In this document: positions 24,826-33,100 of the stretch, one piece after another
Position numbering within the stretch: position 1 is the stretch's first letter
How the letters are laid out: every line of letters begins with the position of its first letter
Origin: Elusimicrobia bacterium GWC2_61_19
GTDB lineage: Bacteria > Elusimicrobiota > Elusimicrobia > Elusimicrobiales > UBA9959
Reading direction: 5' to 3'
DNA length: 64,000 nucleotides
Assembly (NCBI GenBank): GCA_001799795.1
Contig: MGUD01000018.1
Span: 2,647 to 66,646, forward strand
Made by a program: the position numbers and the translations under genes
Notes under the pieces: model-generated
What the model was told of the DNA's origin: nothing
Databases searched by the model: none
Seen by the model: the letters and a program-made list of their open reading frames with translations, nothing else

Positions 24826-26418
24826 ATGACCGAACCTAAAGATCTTTACTCCTGCCTTGCCAAAACGGCCGAGAGGAACCCCGAAGAGACCGCTTTTGTC
24901 ACCGGCGACAAGCGCATGTCCTGGCACGAGGTCCTTTTTTCCGTGGACAGGGCGGCCGATATGTTCTGGCAGCTGGGCCTGCGCAAAGGCGACCGCGCCG
25001 CCATAGCCCTGCGCAACTCCCCTGAATTCGTTATCGCCTACTTCGCCCTGGTAAAGATCGGCGCGGTGGCCGTCCCGATCAACTTCATGGTCTCCAAGGC
25101 GGATGAGCTCGCCTACATACTAGAGAACGCCGCCTGTAAGGGCGTGGTCACCGAAAAAGAATTCGTCAAGAACTACGTCAACGTAAAAAAGAACCTGCCC
25201 GGGCTGAAATTCCTGATCTCGGCCGACTTCTGCGGCGTGGACGGCGTGGTGGATTTCTGGCATTACCTCAAGCACGCCCATTACCACCCGCAGACCCAGA
25301 AGGCCTCCGCCGACGAACAGGACGTGGCCAGCATCCTTTACACCTCCGGCACCACCGGCCACCCCAAGGGCGTGCTGCTGACCCACCACAACATGCTGGA
25401 GAATTCCAAGGCGTCCATCGCCACCCTGGAACCCACCAAGAAGGACGTCTTCATGGCGCTGCTGCCCATGTTCCACACCTTCTCCTGGACCGGCAACGTC
25501 ATCACCCCGATCCTGCTGGGGTCGAAAACCCTGATAGTGAAGAGCATCACCCCGCCCAAGCCGTGGCTGCAGGCCATGGGCCGCGAAGGCGTCACCATCA
25601 TGATAGCCGTGCCCCAGATCTACGGCGTGCTGGCCAAGGAGGCCCGCGGCCTCAAGAAGTTCTTCCTCAAATTCTGGAGCCTCAGGAAAGTGCGCCTGTG
25701 CATGTCGGGCGCGGCGCCGCTCAACCATACCATCGCCCAGCACTTCCATAAATGCTTCGGGCTGCACGTGCTGGAAGGCTACGGCCTGACGGAAACCAGC
25801 CCGGTGGTCACCATCGTCCCGCCCCGGTCGCGCAGGCACGGCTCGGTGGGCAAGGCCATCCCCGGCGTGAAGATACGGATCATGGGCGAGGACGGCGGCC
25901 ACCTCAAGCACGGCGAGGAGGGGGAGATCTGCGTGATGGGCCCCAATATCACCCGCGGCTACCACCAGAACGACCAGGCCACCAAGGAACTGTTCACGGC
26001 CGACGGCTGGCTCAAGACCGGCGACATCGGCGTGCTGGACACGGACGGCTTCCTGTTCATCCGCGACCGCAAGAAGGACATGGTGATAGTGAAGGGCCTG
26101 AAAGTTTTCCCTGCCCAGGTGGAACACGTCATAAACACCCACCCGAAAGTGCTGGAGAACGCCGTCATAGGCATACCGGACGGCTCCGGCAACGAGACCA
26201 TGAAATGCTTCTGCGTCCCCAAGCCCGACGTACAGCTGGAGAAAGCGGAGATCATGCATTTCATAAAAGCCAATTTCGACGCCTACAAGCGCCCGCGCGA
26301 GGTTGAGATAGTCAGCGCCCTGCCCAAGAACACGATGCAGAAAGTGCTGAAGCGGGAACTCCTCAAAAAAGAACTTGAAAAGCGCCTGAAGGCCGCCGGA
26401 GCGGCCCCGTCGCATTAA
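24826..26418 (+). CDS. Long-chain acyl-CoA (or acyl-ACP) synthetase, AMP-binding family
   Basis: GGAGG SD. AMP-binding motif YTSGTTGHPKGV, plus TGDIG and the C-terminal K of ANL enzymes. Confidence 0.85.
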   Translation: MTEPKDLYSCLAKTAERNPEETAFVTGDKRMSWHEVLFSVDRAADMFWQLGLRKGDRAAIALRNSPEFVIAYFALVKIGAVAVPINFMVSKADELAYILENAACKGVVTEKEFVKNYVNVKKNLPGLKFLISADFCGVDGVVDFWHYLKHAHYHPQTQKASADEQDVASILYTSGTTGHPKGVLLTHHNMLENSKASIATLEPTKKDVFMALLPMFHTFSWTGNVITPILLGSKTLIVKSITPPKPWLQAMGREGVTIMIAVPQIYGVLAKEARGLKKFFLKFWSLRKVRLCMSGAAPLNHTIAQHFHKCFGLHVLEGYGLTETSPVVTIVPPRSRRHGSVGKAIPGVKIRIMGEDGGHLKHGEEGEICVMGPNITRGYHQNDQATKELFTADGWLKTGDIGVLDTDGFLFIRDRKKDMVIVKGLKVFPAQVEHVINTHPKVLENAVIGIPDGSGNETMKCFCVPKPDVQLEKAEIMHFIKANFDAYKRPREVEIVSALPKNTMQKVLKRELLKKELEKRLKAAGAAPSH

Positions 26419-26451
26419 GCCCGGGCCGGCGCCCGGCTAGTCAGGCCTGCA

Positions 26452-27936
26452 ATGAACATAACCGCCAGCATCCTCAGCGTTTTCGGCGAAGCCTACCTGG
26501 TAGGCGGCGCCCTGCGCGACGCCGTCCTCAAGCGGCCGTTCAAGGACATAGACCTGGCGGTCCCGCCCTCGGCCGATTTCCGCGCCAAGGCCGCGCGCCT
26601 GGCCCGGAAACTCGACGCGGCCTGTTTCCCCCTCGACGAAGAGAACCAGGTGTACCGCCTGACGGGCCGCAAAGCCCCCAGGGCGCAGATCGACATCATG
26701 CCCTTCGTCGGCGGCGCGCTCAAGCCCGACCTCGAAAGGCGCGACTTCACCGTAAACGCCATGGCCCTGAAGCTCACCAAGGCCCTGGAATTCAAGACCG
26801 ACCGGAAAACCGGCGGCTTCACCCTGCGCGCCGACAAGGCCGCCATCATAGACCCGTGCGGGGGGCTCAAGGACCTCGCCGCCAAAAAGATAAAAGCCGT
26901 CTCGGCCGGGATCTTCACGGAGGACCCGGTGCGCCTGATGCGGGCTTTCCGCATCGCCGCGGCCCTGGATTTCGATATCGCGCCGGCCGTGCTCAAAGCC
27001 GTCAGGAAACAGGCGCCCCTGATAAAAAAACCGGCCCAGGAACGCGTGCGCGAAGAACTGATGCGCCTCTTCGAGAGCCCCGAGTCCAGCCGGTGGCTGG
27101 CCCTGATGCACAAACACGGTCTGCTGACCGCCCTCTTCCCGGACCTGGCGGCGCAGGAGACGTGCGCCGTCGGCTATTACGGCGCGGGCGGCGTGCTGAA
27201 GCACACCCTGCTGGTGGTGGAGCGCATCGACCACCTGTTCGAGAACCTGCCCGCCTACCTGCCGGACTATAAAAAAGTGGAGGAGTTTTTAGCCGCGCCG
27301 CGCACGCTTAAATTCGCCGCGCTGCTGCACGACATAGCCAAGCCGCCCAAAGCCGCCATGGTAAAGGGCCGCCTGCGCTTCTTCGGCCACGAGGAGTACG
27401 GCGCCATCATGGCGGAAAAGGTCATGGAGGACCTGCGCTTCTCGCGCGACGACATCCGGCTGGTGTCGCGCATCATAGGCACCCACCTGCGCCCGGGCAA
27501 CCTGGCCGCCAACGAGACCATTTCGGACAGGGCGATGTTCCGCTTCTTCCGCACCCTCGGGGAATACACCGTGCCCCTGCTGGCGCTGTCCTGGGCCGAC
27601 CACGCCAGCTACGTGTCGGCGCAGCAGCTGAGCAAAATGCGCAAGCGCCTGCAGCACCCGCCGGGCCCGCTGCCGGCCGGCGGCCTGCCCTACAATTCGC
27701 CCAAAAAGACCCTGCGCTATATGCAGGTGCTCAACCTGCTTTTCAGGGTCTACGTAAAGAAGAACATGAAGCTGCGCTCGGCGCGCCTGATAGACGGCAA
27801 CGACATCATAAAGACGCTGAAACTGCAGGAAGGCCCGCGCATAGGCGAACTGCTCGAGAAGGTCCACCTGCTCCAGTTCGAGGGAAAGATAAAGACCCGC
27901 GAGCAGGCCCTGAAAGCCGTTAAGGGAATGAAATAA
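26452..27936 (+). CDS. cca: CCA-adding tRNA nucleotidyltransferase with HD domain
   Basis: LVGGALRDAVLKRPFKDIDLAV nucleotidyltransferase head and LLHDIAKP HD motif. Confidence 0.8.
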   Translation: MNITASILSVFGEAYLVGGALRDAVLKRPFKDIDLAVPPSADFRAKAARLARKLDAACFPLDEENQVYRLTGRKAPRAQIDIMPFVGGALKPDLERRDFTVNAMALKLTKALEFKTDRKTGGFTLRADKAAIIDPCGGLKDLAAKKIKAVSAGIFTEDPVRLMRAFRIAAALDFDIAPAVLKAVRKQAPLIKKPAQERVREELMRLFESPESSRWLALMHKHGLLTALFPDLAAQETCAVGYYGAGGVLKHTLLVVERIDHLFENLPAYLPDYKKVEEFLAAPRTLKFAALLHDIAKPPKAAMVKGRLRFFGHEEYGAIMAEKVMEDLRFSRDDIRLVSRIIGTHLRPGNLAANETISDRAMFRFFRTLGEYTVPLLALSWADHASYVSAQQLSKMRKRLQHPPGPLPAGGLPYNSPKKTLRYMQVLNLLFRVYVKKNMKLRSARLIDGNDIIKTLKLQEGPRIGELLEKVHLLQFEGKIKTREQALKAVKGMK

Positions 27937-27960
27937 CCGCTCACCGGCACCGCTGCCCGA

Positions 27961-27987
27961 AAGGCCTACAGAGATGTAGGCCTTTTT
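27961..27987 (+). terminator. Intrinsic terminator after cca
   Basis: aaggcctaca-gaga-tgtaggcctt followed by ttt. Confidence 0.7.
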
Positions 27988-28073
27988 ATTTTGCAAACAT
28001 GGCCACCGGGCCCGTGCCGGCCCCGCGCCCTTAGTGTAAACTATACAGGAACAGCGGACAGGAGACAAAAACC

Positions 28074-28703
28074 ATGAAGATAAAATTCGCGCTTTCCGCC
28101 GGCCTTGTACTTCTCTCCGGGCTGGGCCTGGCTTTCGCCGCCGCCCCCGGCAAAACCATAACGCCGGCCGTCAGCCAGGAAGACGCGAAAACCCGCGACT
28201 ACAAGGACATCCTTTTCAAGCTTGTGCGCCAGGACGAATACCTCGACGAGGCCATGGAGACCCTGGACGGCGCCAACGGCCGCATGCGCGCCCATGATCT
28301 TTCCGCCATGGGCCTGAGCCTTAAGATGATAGCCGGCAACCTCGACCGCGTGGCGGCCCTTAACAAAACGGAGTTCTCTTCCGTGCAGGCCGGTTCCATG
28401 CACGCCAGGTACATCAACACCATATTCAGCTACAGCTCCAAGGTCAACCGCAAAGCCGTCAAGGTCAGCGCCGTGATCGGGCGGATGGCCGCGAAGTATA
28501 AGAAGTCCGCCATGCGCGACGCTGTCTCCTCCAGGAAAAACGGCATAAAGGTCCGCGGCAAAAAAGTCCGCGGCAAAAAGTTGACCCAGCTGCTTGAGGA
28601 GAGAAAGGCCATGGACACCCTGGCCGCCGACGCCAAGGTCCTGCGCGCCGCCGCCCGCGGCGTCTCCGCCACCAGCAAGTGGCTGTATATCTCGGCGAAA
28701 TAA
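28074..28703 (+). CDS. Exported helical hypothetical protein
   Basis: GGAGA SD. Signal peptide MKIKFALSAGLVLLSGLGLAFA. No family recognised. Confidence 0.55.
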   Translation: MKIKFALSAGLVLLSGLGLAFAAAPGKTITPAVSQEDAKTRDYKDILFKLVRQDEYLDEAMETLDGANGRMRAHDLSAMGLSLKMIAGNLDRVAALNKTEFSSVQAGSMHARYINTIFSYSSKVNRKAVKVSAVIGRMAAKYKKSAMRDAVSSRKNGIKVRGKKVRGKKLTQLLEERKAMDTLAADAKVLRAAARGVSATSKWLYISAK

Positions 28704-28738
28704 TAAAGAACCGCCGCCGGCCGCCGGCACGGCCAGAC

Positions 28739-28768
28739 TCCCCCGCGAAGAAGCGGGGGATTCTTTTT
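28739..28768 (+). terminator. Intrinsic terminator
   Basis: tcccccgc-gaagaa-gcggggga followed by ttcttttt. Confidence 0.65.
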
Positions 28769-28796
28769 GGCCGGTAAAGTTTGTAAAATCATAATC

Positions 28797-29354
28797 ATGA
28801 AAGATCCGCTCGAAGCCGCGACCCTGCAGATACTCAAAGCCATAGGGGAAGACCCGGGCCGGGAGGGGCTGAAAAAAACGCCGCAGCGCGTGGCGCGCGC
28901 CCTGCGCGAGATCACCTCCGGCTATAACGCCGATATAACCAAAGTTTTCAACGGCGCTTTTTTCAAGGCCGATTACAGCGAGATGGTGATAGTCAAAGAT
29001 ATCGCCTTTTACTCCCTTTGCGAACATCACATGCTGCCCTTCTTCGGCAGAGCCCACGTGGCGTACATCCCGAACGGCCGCATAGTGGGCCTGTCCAAGA
29101 TCCCGCGCCTGGTGGAAACTTTCGCCCGCCGCCTGCAGGTGCAGGAACGGCTTACCGTGGAAATAGCCGATACGCTGTTCAAGACGCTTAAGCCGCTGGG
29201 GGTGGGGGTAGTGATGGAGGCGGAACACCTCTGCGTCAGCATGCGCGGGGTAAAGAACGAAACCTCTTTCGCCACCACCAGCTCCATGCTGGGCGTCTTC
29301 CGCAGCGACAACAAAGTAAGGGAAGAATTCCTCAAACTCATAAAGAAACAATAA
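28797..29354 (+). CDS. folE: GTP cyclohydrolase I
   Basis: [10 protein letters not shown]...[10 protein letters not shown]...VEAEHLCMS-like motifs. ATG 28797 was chosen because the listed TTG start at 28767 lies inside the upstream terminator U-tract. Confidence 0.9.
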   Translation: MKDPLEAATLQILKAIGEDPGREGLKKTPQRVARALREITSGYNADITKVFNGAFFKADYSEMVIVKDIAFYSLCEHHMLPFFGRAHVAYIPNGRIVGLSKIPRLVETFARRLQVQERLTVEIADTLFKTLKPLGVGVVMEAEHLCVSMRGVKNETSFATTSSMLGVFRSDNKVREEFLKLIKKQ

Positions 29355-29477
29355 TAATATTGAAATCTATAGGCCTTCTTAGGTAGAATTTACAGGTATC
29401 GGTAATTTGTGCATTTGAGAGGGGAGTAGTTCCCTTGAGAAAAGCCCGGGGCGGAAAGCGCCAAGGGCATAAACAGC

Positions 29478-29551
29478 GCGGGCGTCGTACAATGGTAGTA
29501 CGAGTGCTTCCCAAGCATTAAACGTGGGTTCGATTCCCATCGCCCGCTCCA
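29478..29551 (+). tRNA. tRNA-Gly (anticodon CCC), CCA encoded
   Basis: Cloverleaf by eye: acceptor GCGGGCG/CGCCCGC, D stem GUAC/GUAC, anticodon stem AGUGC/GCAUU with loop UUCCCAA, T arm GUGGG-UUCGAUU-CCCAU, and a 3' UCCA. Confidence 0.9.
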
Positions 29552-29555
29552 AATT

Positions 29556-30059
29556 ATGACAAAATCAAAAACATTCTGGGCTGCCGCGGCGTTCGTCAGC
29601 CTGGCAGCCGCGGCTTTTGCCGGCTACTCCATCTATGAACGCATGTCGCTGCACTTCTCAGGCGACACTATAGAAGTGCACCCGGTGCCCCTGCCGGCCG
29701 CTCCGGCTGAAGAACCGACCGAGGAAACAGCGCCGGCCGCCGCCGCCAAACCCGAAGAAGTAAAACCCGCCGTCACCACCAAGGGCGCGCAGGCCGCCGA
29801 GCAGGCCGCGACCGAAAAGATAAAAGCCGTAAAGACCGCTTTCGTCTATAAAGACGCCAAGGCCAAGTCCGTAAAAATAGCGGGCAGCTTCACCTCCTGG
29901 AAAGACGTCAAACTGACAAAGAAGAACGGCGTCTGGGCGACCGACATATACATACTGCCCGGCACCTACCCCTACCATTTCACGGTGGACGGGAAAAAAA
30001 AGCTGGACCCGGGCAAACCCAAAGCCCCGACAGGGGATTCGCTGGTGGACGTGAACTGA
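29556..30059 (+). CDS. Membrane-anchored protein with AMPK-beta/CBM48-like glycogen-binding domain
   Basis: N-terminal TM, Ala/Pro/Glu linker, then KSVKIAGSFTSWKDVKLTKKNGVWATDIYILPGTYPYHFTVDGKKKLDP. Confidence 0.7.
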   Translation: MTKSKTFWAAAAFVSLAAAAFAGYSIYERMSLHFSGDTIEVHPVPLPAAPAEEPTEETAPAAAAKPEEVKPAVTTKGAQAAEQAATEKIKAVKTAFVYKDAKAKSVKIAGSFTSWKDVKLTKKNGVWATDIYILPGTYPYHFTVDGKKKLDPGKPKAPTGDSLVDVN

Positions 30060-30126
30060 AAACCGTTCTTTTACCGGGCCGCAACAAAGTTGTAACAGTT
30101 TTCTTGTAGACTATCTCCGGATAATT

Positions 30127-33100
30127 ATGAATTTCAGAAAGGTCCTTCCTATATCGCTGTTCGCCCTGGCCTTGTTAGCGCCGGGAGCTGGCGCGCTTGC
30201 CACCGGCCGCCACGGCCATACCACCACCCTGCTGCCTGACGGCAATATCCTGGTAGCCGGCGGCACCACCGGCGCCGCCAACGTCTCCCTCAACAGCGTC
30301 GAGATCTATTTCACTTCCGCGGCCGCTTTCGGCGCGGCCCCCAACATGCCGGCCTCCCTGTCCTCCCACACCGCCACGCTCATGGGCAACGGTATGGTCC
30401 TGGTAGCGGGCGGTTTCACCAACGGCGTCCCGGTAAACTCCGCCGCGATCTATAACCCGCTGACAAAAACCTGGACGCCTGTAACCGCCACCCTGGCCTC
30501 GACGAGGGGGGGACATACCGCCACCCTGCTTAATAAAGGCGCCAGTTCCGGAAAAGTCCTTATCTGCGGCGGGCAGACCGCGAGCGAAACTTCCATAACC
30601 AACACCTGCGAGGTTTTCACCCCGAACGTCACCCCGGCGCTCGGTAATTTCGCCTCGGTCCAGGCCATGAGCAGCGAACGCATGGGCCACTCCGCCAGCG
30701 CCATAGCCGGCGGCCGCGTATTCGTATCGGGCGGGCGCCGTTGGGACGCCGTCGCCTCCACCTTCACCTACCTGTCCACCAACGAGATCTACGACCCCGA
30801 GAACTACCAGTGGCAGACCGTAACGGCCCTTACCACCGGACGCACCGACCATTCCGCCGTGGTACTCAACAACGGCACCATCCTCATCTCCGGAGGGTAC
30901 AACGGCATCGACAAGCTGGACACAGCGGAAGAGGGCTGGTATAAAACCCCGCTGGGCAGCGCATCCAACCAGAACGCAGGCAGCAAAGGTTTCCTGGACA
31001 GCGCCGAGATCTTCGACTCTTACGGCGGCAGGGTGCCGGTCTCCGGCTCCGACTACCAGGTGATGCCTTACAGGAACTCGAAACACGCCGCCGCCCTCTC
31101 CCCGGACGGCAAGCAGCACATGTACGGCGGCTACGGCAATATCCCGCCCAAATTTTTCTTCGCCATCCCGACCATGGAAACCGGCTCGCAACTGGACACC
31201 ACAAAGACCAATATAACCACCGCCAGGGTGAACACCAGCAGCATCCTCCGGTACCTGCTGGACATCAATCTCTCCAGGCCCGTGGACGGCCGCCTCGTCG
31301 ACGCGGATATCTTTATCTCGCGGGCGGTGGACGGGCCTTCCCTCAGCGTCTCTAACGCGTCCATTTATATCGACGGGCCGAGCACCGCCACCGTGGACGG
31401 CTTTACGGTCGGCCTGATGGTCCCCGGCGTGGCACCGGGAGAGTTCAGGGACATAGTGCAGCCGCAGAACCCGACCGGCACCGTCAGCTTCGCCCCGGTC
31501 GGGGTCGCCTCCATCGACACCTACGCGACCTCCGGCTCGCTGGTCTTCTCGATCACCCCGATCCCGGTCGGGAATCCGCCCGTCCCGCTGACGGCGGGCT
31601 CCGTGCTGACCATTCCCGTCACCATCGAAGTCTCCCCGACCTACGTCGGAGGCATCATCAGCGGCACAATGACGATAACCGGCGCGTCGATATCCGACAA
31701 CCTTGGCTACTGGCTGGCCTCCCTGACCGGCGGCACGGGGGAATTCACCAGCGGCGCGGTAACCTACGACGCCTTCACGGGGATGGGCGTGGCCTCCGGC
31801 AACGTGGCCTTTTCAGCCCTCACCGGTACTATCATAAATTCGACAACTACCGCGATAGTGTCCAGCCCGCTGGCCACTACCGCCAGCGACCCCGTGACCT
31901 CCGTATCACTGCGGGCCTATTACACCTCCACCAGGATAGACCTTTCAGACCTGCAGTATGCCATAAGCATATCCACATTCGTCGTCCGGGAAATGATATT
32001 CTCCGACAACCTGGAGTACAGCCCGGATAAGGCCAAATGGCAGTTCGGACAGGTACTCTACCCGGTCTTCAACCTGTCGGCCCTGGTCACCCCCGGCGCG
32101 GACACGGCCATCATAGGCGGCAGGAACTGCGAACTGATCCCGTCCGCACACTGCAAGCGCGCGGCCCTGGCCCCGGTTTTCACCGCCTCCAATATCTCCG
32201 GGGCGTTCATCTCCCAGAACCATTCAACTTGGTCCAAAAGCGGAAAACTCGCCAACAAGCGCGCCTTTCATACCAGCACCCTGCTGCCGGACGACGGGAT
32301 ACTTACCTGCGGCGGCTCCGACGGCACAGCCACGCTGGCCACCTGCGAAATGTTCTACCCGGCGGAACAAGAGTGGAGGCCGGCCGGGACCATGAATTAC
32401 CCGCGCTCCAGGCACACCGCCACGCTGCTGCCCAACGGCCGCGTGCTGGCGGCCGGCGGTGCCATAAACTCCTCTACCCATGCCGTAACTTACGCGGAGA
32501 TCTACTACCCGGACACCGACAAATGGCTGCCGACGAACTCAATGGCTTTCGCCCGCACGAACCATACCGCCACGCTGCTGCCGGACGGCAACGTGCTGAT
32601 GGCCGGCGGTGATACGATAAACGGCTACTCGGCGACCTCCGAGATCTACCTTACCACCAGTTCGGTCTGGCTGACCGCCGGCGCCCTGGCGAACGGCGGC
32701 AGGGCCCAGCACACGGCCACGCTGCTTAAGAGCGGCAACGTGCTGATAGCCGGCGGCATAAACGGCAACGGCGCCATAAAGACCACGGAAGTGTATAATT
32801 TCGCGACGCGCACCTGGACCGACACCGGCGACGACCTGCAGGTAAAGCGCTACGCGCACGCCGCGAACCTGCTGATGGACGGCCGCGTTATGGTCACCGG
32901 CGGCACCGACGGCTACGGCCCGATGGACACCGCCGAGGTTTACGACGGGTTAAGCTGGAAACTCACCACCCAGCTGGGGGGCAACAACATGCTCGCCCGC
33001 CGCACAGGCCACCGTTCCACCCTGCTGCCCAACGGCAAGGTCCTGATCACCGGCGGTGAGGCCCCGGGCATCGCCTACTCTCTGGTAGAAGGCTACGACG

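Noticed and set aside
28767-28796. TTG start (28767) of the listed folE ORF
   Set aside because: It lies within the U-tract of the upstream intrinsic terminator and adds a non-conserved hydrophobic extension. ATG 28797 is preferred.
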